Source: Burkholderiales bacterium
GTDB lineage: Bacteria > Pseudomonadota > Gammaproteobacteria > Burkholderiales > Chitinimonadaceae
DNA length: 55,474 nucleotides
Direction of reading: 5' to 3'
NCBI GenBank assembly: GCA_019234745.1
Contig: JAFAKZ010000348.1
Span: 1-55,474 of the forward strand
The notes beneath the pieces were generated by a model, which was not told where the DNA came from, did no database searches, and saw nothing but the letters and a program-made list of their open reading frames with translations. The position numbers and the translations under genes are program-made. Shown one piece after another: positions 29,775 to 39,412 of this stretch; the first letter of the stretch is position 1; each line of letters starts with the position of its first letter.

Positions 29775-30401
29775 TCAGACCTGCCTCAGCTGGACAGCGA
29801 TGACGCGGGCGCGATTGATGCAGGTGAAGATTGAGCCGACAACGATCACCAGCAAGGCAGTCAATAGCGCATAACGACTACCGTGCATAGCCGACTCAAC
29901 GGCGCCAATCACACAACCGGCCGTCATCACGGCCATGCGGTGCGCCTTGGCCATGGGGCCGCGAAAGTCCTGCGGGAGGCCCAAGGAACCGCCGAAGGCG
30001 CGGATATAGGCCGTCATCAGGGCGAGCACCGCGCCTATCCAGCCCAGTGCCGGATACCCCGCAGCATAACCCAGCGCAGCAATCAGCACCGTGTCGGCGA
30101 TACGGTCAGGGAATTCGTTGAACATGGGACCCAGCGGCGAGCCCTTGCCGTGCTCGACCGCTACCATGCCATCGAACAGATTGCATAGCAGTCGCCCCTG
30201 GATGGCCAGAGCGCAGAACAACATGCTGGCCGCATCGTTGATAAAGGCCAGCACGAAGGCACCAAGACCGGCAAAAGCGATGCTGGTAAGTGAAATCTGG
30301 TCGGGCGTGATCGAGCTGGCGGCCAGCGATGCCGCCATGCGCTTGGCCCATTCGGCGGAGCGAGCCCGGATTGGGCGTCGATTGAAGGCTTCACCTGGCA
30401 T
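29775..30401 (-). CDS. CDP-alcohol phosphatidyltransferase family protein (YnbA-like)
   Basis: ORF 29775..30485. I trimmed the start to ATG 30401 (MPGEAFNRRP...), preceded by GGAGG. The longer start would overlap rlmB. Has a degenerate CDP-alcohol motif, DGMVAVEHGKGSPLGPMFNEFPDRIAD. Polytopic membrane protein. Confidence 0.8.
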   Translation of the reverse strand: MPGEAFNRRPIRARSAEWAKRMAASLAASSITPDQISLTSIAFAGLGAFVLAFINDAASMLFCALAIQGRLLCNLFDGMVAVEHGKGSPLGPMFNEFPDRIADTVLIAALGYAAGYPALGWIGAVLALMTAYIRAFGGSLGLPQDFRGPMAKAHRMAVMTAGCVIGAVESAMHGSRYALLTALLVIVVGSIFTCINRARVIAVQLRQV

Positions 30402-30429
30402 TTCGACCTCCGTCCGCCGGATGGCGGTA

Positions 30430-31182
30430 TTATTTTTCTGCAGCGCGCACCCGCTGTCGACGGCTCTCCGCCAGGCAGATGCCACTCGCTACCGACACAT
30501 TGAGGCTCTCGACCGAACCGAACATGGGGATGCTGACCAACACATCGCAATGTTCGCGCGTCAAGCGCCGCATGCCATGCCCTTCTGCCCCCATGACCCA
30601 AGCAAGCGGCCCAGTCTGGTCGAAGTGGAACAGGTCAGTTTCGGTGTCCATATCTGTGCCGGCGATCCAGACACCGGCATCCTTAAGGTCGCGCAGCGTG
30701 CGCGCCAAGTTGGTCACCACAATATAAGGGATGACCTCGGCCGCGCCGCACGCAACTTTTGACACCGTTGCGTTCAAGCCCACCGACTTGTCCTTCGGCG
30801 CAATCACGGCATGCGCACCCATGGCATCCGCCACGCGCAGGCAGGCACCGAGGTTGTGCGGGTCGGTGATGCCGTCGAGAATCAACAGGAGCGGTGGTTC
30901 CTTCAGATCTTCCAGCACGTCTTCCAATGCCACGAACTGCTGGCTAGCGTCGACGATAGCCGCGACACCCTGGTGGCGCTGGCTACCGGTCAGGCCGTCG
31001 ATGCGTGCCGCATCGGCCGGCACCAGCTTGATCCCGGCTGCTTCTGCCATCTTGAGCAGATCGGCCATGCGTGGGTCGTGGCGCTCGCGCACGAAGTAGA
31101 GTTCCAGCACGCTACGCGGCTGGCGCGACAGTCGGGCTGTAACGGCGTGAAAACCATGAAGAACGCGGGTATTGGCCATCAT
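30430..31182 (-). CDS. rlmB: 23S rRNA (guanosine-2'-O)-methyltransferase RlmB (SpoU/TrmH family)
   Basis: ORF 30430..31182. Has SpoU motifs ([24 protein letters not shown]; [18 protein letters not shown]; [15 protein letters not shown]). ATG overlaps the recJ stop (TAATG). Confidence 0.9.
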   Translation of the reverse strand: MMANTRVLHGFHAVTARLSRQPRSVLELYFVRERHDPRMADLLKMAEAAGIKLVPADAARIDGLTGSQRHQGVAAIVDASQQFVALEDVLEDLKEPPLLLILDGITDPHNLGACLRVADAMGAHAVIAPKDKSVGLNATVSKVACGAAEVIPYIVVTNLARTLRDLKDAGVWIAGTDMDTETDLFHFDQTGPLAWVMGAEGHGMRRLTREHCDVLVSIPMFGSVESLNVSVASGICLAESRRQRVRAAEK

Positions 31183-32873
31183 TATCCTTGCTGGGCGACG
31201 TCTATCAGTAGTTGTAGGCTACGCGAGCCCTGCCAGTCATTTACCGACAACTGGTATACCGCTTCGATGACGTCAGGAAGCGGATCGGCATGCTGGAAGC
31301 GCATGGCGTCGATCACCAGCCCATGCTCACACTCCAGCTTCAGTTTGAGATGCTTTTCGCCCACGATGCGCTGGTTGCGCACCTTGAAGCGTCCGACGAA
31401 GCGCGGCGCCGGAAAACCCTGACCCCACACGCGGGCATCCAGCCGCTCGGCCAGCTGTAGGTCGAGCGCGCCGCTGGCGAGCTCGCCATCGACCTCGAAC
31501 GTGCGGGACAAAGCCGATGCCGGCATCAGCTCCCGGCATACGGCCTCGAAGGCAATACGGAAGCGTTCCACGCCGGTCGCGTCGGCTAACGTCAAACCGG
31601 CTGCCGCAGCGTGGCCGCCGAAGCGGGAAATCAGCCCGGCCTCACGCTTGGCGACCAGGTCGAGCGCATCACGCAGGTGCAAGCCTGGGGTGGAACGCCC
31701 CGAGCCCTTCACCTCCCGGTCCAGGCCTTCGGCGAATACAATGGTCGGGCGATGGTGTCTATCCTTGAGGCGACTCGCAACCAAGCCCACCACGCCTTGA
31801 TGGAAGTCAGGGTCGAACACAGTCAGGCTGTAGCGGTCGTCCACGGTGACGGCATCGAGCTTGGCCTGTGCGATATCCTGCATATCGGCTTCGATGGCAC
31901 GGCGCTCGCGGTTCAGTTTGTCCAGCTCACGCGCCATGTCGAGCGCCGCGCCGTGATCGTCGGCCAACAGGCAGGCGATGCCCAACGACATATCGTCGAG
32001 CCGGCCTGCCGCATTGAGCCTGGGCCCGAGGGTAAAGCCCAGATCAAAAGCACTGGCCCTGCGTGGATCGCGGCCGGCAGCCGTGAACAGCGCGAGCAGC
32101 CCGGCGCAAGCACGGCCGGCACGGATACGCCGCAAGCCCTGCTCCACCAGGATACGGTTGTTGCCGTCGAGCTTCACGACGTCGGCTACTGTGCCCAGCG
32201 CTACGATATCGAGCAGATCACCCAGGTTCGGTTCCGTGCGGCCTGCAAAGGCGCCGCGCTGGCGCATTTCGGCACGCAGCGCCATTAGCACGTAGAACAT
32301 CACGCCAACCCCGGCGAGCGATTTGCTGGCGAACTCGCAACCCGGCTGGTTTGGATTGACGATCAGGGCGTCCGGCAGGCTGTCGCCCGGTAGGTGGTGG
32401 TCGGTGACCAACACGTCGATACCCAGGGCCCTGGCCCGCTCTACCCCGGCTACCGAGGCGATACCGTTGTCGACCGTGACGATCAGTTGTGGCGACTTGG
32501 CGGCTGCCAATTCGACGATCTCGGGCGTCAGCCCGTAGCCGTACTCGAAGCGATTGGGAACAATGAAGTCAACCACGGCACCCATGGCGGCCAGGCCGCG
32601 TATCGCGACCGTGCAGGCCGTAGCGCCATCGGCATCGTAGTCGGCAACGACAAGGATGCGCTCCCGCGCGGCGATGGCGTCGGCCAGCCGTACTGCAGCC
32701 CTGGCTGCACCCTTCATACCGGAAGCCGGTAACAGGCGGCCCAGATCGGTATTGAGGTCGTCAGCCGTACAAATGCCGCGGGCAGCGTACACGCGCGCCT
32801 CAATCGGATGCAAACCTGCGGCGAGCAGGGCCTGCTCGGCCTCGCTCGGCACGGGCCGGGTAATGATATTCAT
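31182..32873 (-). CDS. recJ: Single-stranded-DNA-specific exonuclease RecJ
   Basis: ORF 31182..32873. Has DHH motifs ([12 protein letters not shown]; VTDHH) and DHHA1 (GGHAAAAG). Confidence 0.96.
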   Translation of the reverse strand: MNIITRPVPSEAEQALLAAGLHPIEARVYAARGICTADDLNTDLGRLLPASGMKGAARAAVRLADAIAARERILVVADYDADGATACTVAIRGLAAMGAVVDFIVPNRFEYGYGLTPEIVELAAAKSPQLIVTVDNGIASVAGVERARALGIDVLVTDHHLPGDSLPDALIVNPNQPGCEFASKSLAGVGVMFYVLMALRAEMRQRGAFAGRTEPNLGDLLDIVALGTVADVVKLDGNNRILVEQGLRRIRAGRACAGLLALFTAAGRDPRRASAFDLGFTLGPRLNAAGRLDDMSLGIACLLADDHGAALDMARELDKLNRERRAIEADMQDIAQAKLDAVTVDDRYSLTVFDPDFHQGVVGLVASRLKDRHHRPTIVFAEGLDREVKGSGRSTPGLHLRDALDLVAKREAGLISRFGGHAAAAGLTLADATGVERFRIAFEAVCRELMPASALSRTFEVDGELASGALDLQLAERLDARVWGQGFPAPRFVGRFKVRNQRIVGEKHLKLKLECEHGLVIDAMRFQHADPLPDVIEAVYQLSVNDWQGSRSLQLLIDVAQQG

Positions 32874-32880
32874 AGGGTTC

Positions 32881-33891
32881 TCAATGAGCGACGTTCGCCA
32901 GGGCTAGCGGGCGGCGCCAGATTTTCCAGCGAGCACTCCGGCTCAGCACAATTTCACGCACGTCGCCAGCACCCGGCAAGACCAGGCGCAAGGATTCGAT
33001 CTTGCCACTCTGCCAAGCCGCGAGCAACGGCTTGAACCAGCCTTGTTCCAGCGCCTGCAATGCATCGCGCCAGGCGGCGATATCGCCACGCATGGCGCAT
33101 TGGGCCAACCGGTCGATGACGACCAGGCCATCGGACAGTCGCCCATCACTGGCGTCGAAACCGTTGGCCAGCGGATAGGTCAGCACGCCGGCCCCCTGGC
33201 CCAAACCGCGCGCCCAGGCGTCGTCCGCCATCACGGCCTTGAAAGGCGACGCCAGACCCACTGCAGCCCGCCCCTCACCCCAGAACCAGACGGAATTGGC
33301 GGCAGGCCGGCCACTCGCATCGCGCGCATCGTTCACTGCGTGGGTGTAGAGGAACATCTGCACTTCGTTGAGCAGCCGGTGCCACTGCAATGCTTCCGGC
33401 CCCTTGGGCAGATGTGGATGAATGTCCTGGCCAACGACCTGGGCCAGCGGCACCGTCGTCAGCGCCGGCACGCGATCCAGTCGAACGTACCAGCGTGTCG
33501 CACTACCGAAATGGAACACCATGCCGTCAGCGGCAAACTGCATATTCAGCGCAGCAATCAGTGCTTGCGCTTCAACATCCTGCAATTGCAGGACGCCGGC
33601 GTCGAACAGCATCACGCGGTCGCGATCTGGTCGCAGGTGGACCGGGTCGGCGCGCATCCAGAAGCCGGCCTCGCGATCGGGCATATCGACGCGGCGCGTG
33701 ACATCGGCGACACCAACGTCGCCAGCATTGAAGCTGTTGCGCAGCCAGGCATCGAAGGAGGTTTCAGTCACGGTGTGGCCATCACCACGCCCCAATAGCT
33801 CACGCAGCGCATCCAGCGCCAGGCCGTCGCACGGGTCATAAGGCACTGAGGCCCGAATACGCAATTCAGGCAGGGCAAGCGTGAGGTGCAT
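32881..33891 (-). CDS. Conserved hypothetical protein linked to recJ. I vaguely recall homologues annotated 'RpfE-type regulatory protein' or 'phosphoglycerate mutase-like'; unverified.
   Basis: ORF 32881..33891, 336 aa, no motif I can assign. ATG overlaps the upstream PilZ-protein stop by 1 nt (TGATG), and the stop is 7 nt before recJ. Confidence 0.6.
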   Translation of the reverse strand: MHLTLALPELRIRASVPYDPCDGLALDALRELLGRGDGHTVTETSFDAWLRNSFNAGDVGVADVTRRVDMPDREAGFWMRADPVHLRPDRDRVMLFDAGVLQLQDVEAQALIAALNMQFAADGMVFHFGSATRWYVRLDRVPALTTVPLAQVVGQDIHPHLPKGPEALQWHRLLNEVQMFLYTHAVNDARDASGRPAANSVWFWGEGRAAVGLASPFKAVMADDAWARGLGQGAGVLTYPLANGFDASDGRLSDGLVVIDRLAQCAMRGDIAAWRDALQALEQGWFKPLLAAWQSGKIESLRLVLPGAGDVREIVLSRSARWKIWRRPLALANVAH

Positions 33892-35489
33892 CAGAGCGCG
33901 GGCCCAGCGGTGTTGGGCGTATCCTTGGCCGTCACTTCAGCCAAGCGCTCGCAACGGTAGAGTACGCAGTCCGACGCAATTTCGCTCATGGCCAGCACGC
34001 GGAACGCCAGATCACCGTCCCGCGTGGCCGGTGCGCCGTAGATCTTGCCCACTTCCAGATCCTGCTTGGCCAGGATGACGATGTGTTGATTGTCGTTGAG
34101 CGACTCTGGCCGTAGATAGACGGCCAGCAGGTTCTCCCACGACTGGACGTCAGACACGCGCTCCCATTGCGACACCTTGGCGCGCCGTGTCAGGCGGATG
34201 GACTCCGGGTCGCGGCTCATAAGCTGCACCCCTGCGATCATCTCGCCGTGGCCGCTCGGAATTGCGCGGCGTACCACGCCCACGCGCCAGTTCGTATCCT
34301 TATCGGTACGCACGCCCAGCAACTGGCTGATTTTCAGCCAGCCCGTATGCTTGACCAGCTTCAGCCCGACACCCGTGGCGCTGACGTCTTCCACCATGGC
34401 CCGCTCCACCGTCGTCTCGACGGTCTTGGCGGGCGTGCCCTGCGTGGCCTGGACGATCAGCCGTCGGATCACGCCGAAGTCATAGGCGACCGTCAGCGAT
34501 CCGCTGATCGCCTTGCGCTCGGCCATGCGGCGCACTTCCCGGCCGCTCCAACGATTCTTGAGGTAGCGGATGACTACAAGCGTTTCAGCCACGTCGAACT
34601 TGTTGAACGGATCGACCTTGGGCGGAATCTTATGTTGGGTCGTGATCATCTGCTCCAACACGACCAGCTCCTGCAGGCTTCGCTCCAGGCCATAGAACAA
34701 GCCACGGCCCGTGTGCTTGGTCTGCAGCGACATATGACTCAGGATGGTCGGCGGATTGTCGTCGTCACCGGCCTGCCCCATCGGCGTCTGGGGCGAATGC
34801 TGGTCGCTGACGTGGATAAAGCCGGCCAAGGCATCGGTAAGGCGGTCGGCGATCAGGAGCTGCCTGCCGTGCAGGTCGGGTGTCAGCGTACGCGCCAGCA
34901 AGACGAGTTGCGCGAGCTGCTTTTGCAGGCGGCCAGCCTCGCCGTCGGGCTTGCTGAGCTTGGCAGCGAAGCCCCCACCCTGGTCCAGTGCGAATTCGGC
35001 TGTCGGGCGGATCTCATGCCAGGGCAAGCGGTCGTCCTTCGGATCGCGCATATAGCGCACGACATGGTCGCGGCCCAGCCAATACAGCCAGCTCGCCACG
35101 GACGCCTGCACCAGCGAAGCATTGGCGGGTTTGCGCGCCAGTTCCACCAATTCGCGCCGCATCGCCTCGGTATAGTTCGCCACGATGGTGGCACAGTACG
35201 GTACGGTCCCCTGCAGCAGCAGGCCCATGCGCGTATGGTTGGCCTGCGAGTCCAACATTGCGTTGAGCGCGTTCTCGACGATGACGCGCAGCCTATCGTC
35301 GATGGCGCGCAGCACGGCCAGGCCGTCGCGGTAATTGGCGCCGCGCCGACTTTCCTGATGGAGCCAGTCGGTAGCCGCTTGCAAGGCCTGGGTAGGCGCG
35401 AACGAACGGAAGCCCTCGACCGTCTCGATCGAGCGCGCTACGCGGGATTCGCCTCCAAAAACAAACAGCTTCTTGAGATTGTCGATCAT
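33891..35489 (-). CDS. PilZ-domain protein (putative c-di-GMP receptor) with ~310-aa helical N-terminal region of unknown family
   Basis: ORF 33891..35489. Has RRMAER (aa 320-325, an RRxxxR motif) and DVSATG (aa 368-373, a D-x-S-x-x-G motif), followed by WRVGVVRRAIPSGHGEMIAGVQLM. This is the typical PilZ beta-barrel pattern. The RRxxxR-to-DxSxxG spacing (42 aa) is longer than in textbook PilZ domains. Confidence 0.7.
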   Translation of the reverse strand: MIDNLKKLFVFGGESRVARSIETVEGFRSFAPTQALQAATDWLHQESRRGANYRDGLAVLRAIDDRLRVIVENALNAMLDSQANHTRMGLLLQGTVPYCATIVANYTEAMRRELVELARKPANASLVQASVASWLYWLGRDHVVRYMRDPKDDRLPWHEIRPTAEFALDQGGGFAAKLSKPDGEAGRLQKQLAQLVLLARTLTPDLHGRQLLIADRLTDALAGFIHVSDQHSPQTPMGQAGDDDNPPTILSHMSLQTKHTGRGLFYGLERSLQELVVLEQMITTQHKIPPKVDPFNKFDVAETLVVIRYLKNRWSGREVRRMAERKAISGSLTVAYDFGVIRRLIVQATQGTPAKTVETTVERAMVEDVSATGVGLKLVKHTGWLKISQLLGVRTDKDTNWRVGVVRRAIPSGHGEMIAGVQLMSRDPESIRLTRRAKVSQWERVSDVQSWENLLAVYLRPESLNDNQHIVILAKQDLEVGKIYGAPATRDGDLAFRVLAMSEIASDCVLYRCERLAEVTAKDTPNTAGPAL

Positions 35490-35707
35490 GGGTTCATTGT
35501 TGCGCTGCCGGGCGAGCTAGGACCCAGACCGGGGCCGTGTGATTTGTTGTCGGCAACCCGTTCGCGCTTGTTTACTGTACTCCGCCGAATGGCATTGTAA
35601 TCGCTTCGCCGCCCGCGCTTGCTGTTTTCGTGTGTAAAAGAACGTGATTGGTTCCCCCGCAACGCTGTGGCAAACTGCGTGCCTCTCCGACATCACCCGC
35701 CAACACC

Positions 35708-36955
35708 GTGAATTCCTTCGAATGGCTCATTGGTTCGCGCTACACCCGCGCCAAGCGCCGAAACGGCTTTATTTCCTTTATTACGGCCTGTTCCATGATA
35801 GGCATCGCGCTCAGCGTCATCGTGCTGATCACCGTGCTGTCGGTCATGAATGGCTTCCAGCATGAGATTCGCGGCCGCATCCTGGATGTCGCATCCCATA
35901 TCCAGGCATTTGGAGAAGAAGGCCATCTGGCAGACTGGCAGGGCGTGCGCGAAGACCTCAAGTCCCAGCCCAATATATTGGCGAGCGCGCCCTTCGTGCA
36001 GGGCCAAGGCCTCTTGTCGAACAATGGCGAGTTCCAGGGCGTATTGGTGCGCGGTGTCGTTCCAGAACTGGAAGACCAGGTAGCCGGCATTGGCCACCAC
36101 ATGGACGCGGGCGGCAGCCTTGCCAGCCTGCGCCCGGGCGAATACGGCATCGTCCTGGGCCGGGAGCTGGCCCGCAGCCTTGACGCCCATGTGGGCGACA
36201 AGCTCCGCGTCATCACGCCGGAAGGCAACCTATCGCCCGGCGGCATGATTCCGCGCAGCCGCGCCTTTACCGTGGTCGGCATCTTCTGGATCGATATGTA
36301 CCAGTACGACGCCAACCTGGCACTGATCAACCTGCAGGATGCGCAGAAGCTCTATCACATGGGCGAGGACGTGTCGGGCGTGCGGCTCAAGATCACCGAT
36401 CCGCTGCGTGCGCCGCAAGTCGCCGCGCAGCTGCAGTCCAGCTCGCGCCGGCCCATTGCCTACCGAGACTGGACCATGGAAGACCCCGCCTACTTCCGCG
36501 CCGTGGAAATCGAGAAGCGCATGATGTTCCTGATCCTGACGCTCATCGTCGTCATCGCATCGGTCAATATCGTGTCTAACCTGGTGATGGCCGTGACGGA
36601 GAAGCAGGCCGACATCGCCATCCTGCGTACGCTGGGCGCGTCGCCGCGCAGCATCCTAGCCATTTTCGTGATCCAGGGCGCAGCCAGCGGCATTGTTGGC
36701 ACGATCACCGGCGTGATCGGCGGCGTGCTGCTGGCGTCCAACGTGGGCCGCATCGTACATTTCGTCGAGATGCTGTCTGGCTCGGCCGTGCTGTCGCCGC
36801 AGGTGTACTTCCTGTCCGAGTTGCCTAGTGACGTGCAATTGGGCGACGTGCTGAGCATCGGCGGCGTATCGCTGGCGCTCTCGCTGCTGGCCACACTCTA
36901 CCCAAGCTGGCGCGCCTCTCGCATCAACCCGGCGGAGGCCCTGCGCTATGAATAA
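35708..36955 (+). CDS. Lipoprotein-releasing ABC transporter permease (LolC/LolE family)
   Basis: ORF 35648..36955. GTG 35708 gives [37 protein letters not shown] and a ~415-aa product, the usual size. MacB/FtsX-type topology. The stop overlaps the lolD start. Confidence 0.9.
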   Translation: MNSFEWLIGSRYTRAKRRNGFISFITACSMIGIALSVIVLITVLSVMNGFQHEIRGRILDVASHIQAFGEEGHLADWQGVREDLKSQPNILASAPFVQGQGLLSNNGEFQGVLVRGVVPELEDQVAGIGHHMDAGGSLASLRPGEYGIVLGRELARSLDAHVGDKLRVITPEGNLSPGGMIPRSRAFTVVGIFWIDMYQYDANLALINLQDAQKLYHMGEDVSGVRLKITDPLRAPQVAAQLQSSSRRPIAYRDWTMEDPAYFRAVEIEKRMMFLILTLIVVIASVNIVSNLVMAVTEKQADIAILRTLGASPRSILAIFVIQGAASGIVGTITGVIGGVLLASNVGRIVHFVEMLSGSAVLSPQVYFLSELPSDVQLGDVLSIGGVSLALSLLATLYPSWRASRINPAEALRYE

Positions 36956-37622
36956 TCCCGTTATCCAAGCCGCCGGCCTGTGCAAGACCTACGCTGACCT
37001 GGACGTACCCGTCCTCACGGGTGTGGATATCACTGTACAACGCGGTGAAAAGCTGGCCATCGTCGGCACTTCGGGCTCCGGCAAGAGTACGCTGATGCAT
37101 CTGCTGGGTTCGCTCGATACGCCCACGTCCGGCGCCATCGCCATCGACGGCGTCGACCCGCTGCGCATGTCCGAGGCCGAACGCAGCCGCCTGCGCAACG
37201 AGAAGCTCGGCTTCGTCTACCAGTTCCACCATCTGCTGCCTGAATTCACGGCGCTGGAGAACGTCGCGATGCCGCTACGCATCCGTCGTATGCCCCCGAA
37301 GGAAGCGAACGAGCGAGCCAAGGCAGTGCTCGACCAAGTGGGTCTGGCCCACCGCCTGGAGCACAAGCCCGGCGAGCTCTCGGGTGGCGAGCGGCAGCGC
37401 GCCGCCATCGCCCGTGCCTTGGTGACCGAGCCCCTTTGCGTGCTCGCCGACGAGCCCACGGGCAATCTGGATCGCCACACGGCCGACGCCGTCTACCAGC
37501 TGATGCTGGACCTGAACGACCGTCACGGCACAGCATTGATAATCGTCACGCACGACCAGGAGTTGGCTGCCCGCACAGGGCGCGTCCTGACCTTGCTCGA
37601 GGGGCGGCTTAGCGCGTCATGA
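36948..37622 (+). CDS. lolD: Lipoprotein-releasing system ATP-binding protein LolD
   Basis: ORF 36948..37622. Has Walker [10 protein letters not shown], signature LSGGERQR and Walker [11 protein letters not shown]. Confidence 0.95.
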   Translation: MNNPVIQAAGLCKTYADLDVPVLTGVDITVQRGEKLAIVGTSGSGKSTLMHLLGSLDTPTSGAIAIDGVDPLRMSEAERSRLRNEKLGFVYQFHHLLPEFTALENVAMPLRIRRMPPKEANERAKAVLDQVGLAHRLEHKPGELSGGERQRAAIARALVTEPLCVLADEPTGNLDRHTADAVYQLMLDLNDRHGTALIIVTHDQELAARTGRVLTLLEGRLSAS

Positions 37623-38476
37623 CCACGTACAAGCTCATTATCCAGGCCACCGATATCGCCACGCAGAACCTCAAGCAGCTTGCGCATCTGGTGGGTGCGA
37701 GCCACATCGAAGCCGTACGTCCTGGCCAGCTGGGGCACCAAGCCTTTCGCCTGTCGCCGGCCGATACTTCGCAGAAGCAACACGTCGCCGAGTTCTGCGA
37801 ACAGGCTGCGTACGACTTCGCCTACGTTCCGGCCGACGCGCAGCTCGCGGATATCGGCCTCGTCGTCATGGACATGGATTCCACGCTCATCACCATCGAG
37901 TGCATCGACGAAATCGCCGACATGATGGGTATCAAGTCGCAAGTAGCAGCGATTACGGCCCGCTCAATGCGTGGCGAGATCGATTTCCGCCAGAGCCTGA
38001 CGGAACGCGTCGCATTGCTTGCCGGCTTGGACGAACAGGCCTTAGGAGTGGTGTACGAGCAACGCTTGCAGCTGATGGCGGGCGCGGAGCGCATGTTGTC
38101 CGCCGTGCACGCGGCCGGCGCGCGCACGCTGCTGATCTCCGGCGGCTTCACCTTCTTCACGGAACGACTGCAGGCGCGGCTGGGCCTGACGCGAGCCGTC
38201 GCCAATCGTCTGGAAGTCGTGGATGGAAAGCTGACAGGACGGATCGTCGGCGACATCGTGGACGCACAGGCCAAGGCCGACGAGCTACTGCGCATGCAGC
38301 AGGAATTGGGCCTCAAGCGCGAACAGGTAATCGCCTTGGGCGACGGCGCAAACGATTTGAAGATGCTGGCCGCTGCTGGTTACGGCATCGCCTGCCACGC
38401 GAAGCCTGTCGTCAAGGCACAAGCAGCCTACGCCTTGGACCACGTGGGCCTGGACGGCTTGCTCGCCTATTTTTGA
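37619..38476 (+). CDS. serB: Phosphoserine phosphatase SerB (HAD superfamily)
   Basis: ORF 37619..38476. Has HAD motif I ([10 protein letters not shown]) and motif IV ([12 protein letters not shown]). ATG overlaps the lolD stop (ATGA). Confidence 0.9.
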   Translation: MTTYKLIIQATDIATQNLKQLAHLVGASHIEAVRPGQLGHQAFRLSPADTSQKQHVAEFCEQAAYDFAYVPADAQLADIGLVVMDMDSTLITIECIDEIADMMGIKSQVAAITARSMRGEIDFRQSLTERVALLAGLDEQALGVVYEQRLQLMAGAERMLSAVHAAGARTLLISGGFTFFTERLQARLGLTRAVANRLEVVDGKLTGRIVGDIVDAQAKADELLRMQQELGLKREQVIALGDGANDLKMLAAAGYGIACHAKPVVKAQAAYALDHVGLDGLLAYF

Positions 38477-38482
38477 CCGGTA

Positions 38483-39412
38483 TCAGCTAGCCACGAAATC
38501 GGCAATCTGCCGTGCAACGAAAGCCGGGGCGTCGTGCTGCAGCGCGTGCCCCGCATCGGGCACCGTCACATAGCGGAAGTCACGGAAACAATCCTTGCGT
38601 GATGCAAACGCTTCCGGCGTCTCCTTAAGCCAGCGCAGCAGTGCTGCCTCATCCCCACCCAGCCACAGCACTTTGGCGGCAACTTCACGCCAGCAGGCCT
38701 TGGCCTCTTCCAGGCGATAGAGTACGGGATTAACCCAGCGGTGCTGCGGATCAGCGCGATACTTGATGCCCGCCTCGACCGGTGCGGCCAACTGTGGCGC
38801 CAGCCATCGAGCCCATGCGGCCGGAAGGCGCGAGTTATTGCGGCATAAGCGTTCGGCCACGTCATCCAGCCCAGGCATAGCCTTGCTGGATACCGGCTGC
38901 GTCAGCTCATCGAGCCAACGGCGATAGCGCGCTGGCGCTTCTGCCGGCTCTGTCGCCGGCAAGCCAAACCCTTCTAGCGATACCAGGTGAGACACCCGCT
39001 CGGGTCGGGCGCCCGCATAGAGACCTGCAACGATGCCACCCATGCTATGGCCAACCAGCACAGCCGGCCTCGACGGACTATAGCTCGCGAGCAGCGCATC
39101 AAGGTCGGCGAGGTAATCGGGAAACCAGTAGCCCTGGCCTACCCAGGCGCTCTGCCCGAAGCCGCGCCAATCAGGGGCGATCAAGTGACATTCAAGCAGG
39201 GACGACGGCGCCGCGTCGACGAGGAACTGGAAGGTCGCCGCGCAATCCATCCAGCCATGCAGCAGAAACACGGGGCGCCCGGTCGGATTGCCCCAATGCA
39301 AGACGTGGTAGTCGATGCCGCGAATCCGGCACCGTGCCGATTTCGCCGGGTGTATTGGGGTATAGAACTCGGCCAACAGGCGCTCAGGCGGCAACAGGTT
39401 GCAACATGCCAA
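38483..39412 (-). CDS. Alpha/beta hydrolase
   Basis: ORF 38483..39412. Has the HGW oxyanion region (VFLLHGWMD) and nucleophile elbow GHSMGG. There is no in-frame ATG near the 5' end; candidate TTG starts are at 39412, 39394 and 39376. The longest version overlaps the DUF1631 gene's 3' end. Confidence 0.8.
   Translation of the reverse strand: MACCNLLPPERLLAEFYTPIHPAKSARCRIRGIDYHVLHWGNPTGRPVFLLHGWMDCAATFQFLVDAAPSSLLECHLIAPDWRGFGQSAWVGQGYWFPDYLADLDALLASYSPSRPAVLVGHSMGGIVAGLYAGARPERVSHLVSLEGFGLPATEPAEAPARYRRWLDELTQPVSSKAMPGLDDVAERLCRNNSRLPAAWARWLAPQLAAPVEAGIKYRADPQHRWVNPVLYRLEEAKACWREVAAKVLWLGGDEAALLRWLKETPEAFASRKDCFRDFRYVTVPDAGHALQHDAPAFVARQIADFVAS

Noticed and set aside
34167-35600. A 477-aa plus-strand ORF. 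Similar cases: 44276..45466, 15927..17024, 4798..5514, 22896..23744, 28265..29110, 12217..12933.
   Set aside because: All are antisense or alternative-frame shadows of genes with clear motifs (PilZ protein, GGDEF-EAL, mrcA, pseB, ABC1 kinase, CdsA-like, zipA). None has its own intergenic space.
35668-35682. TGGCAA-N5-GTGC resembling a sigma54 -24/-12 promoter upstream of lolC/E
   Set aside because: It has two mismatches to TGGCAC-N5-TTGC and lies only ~26 nt from the likely GTG start. There is no enhancer-binding-protein gene nearby, and a lipoprotein-sorting operon is not an expected sigma54 target. It is probably a chance match.
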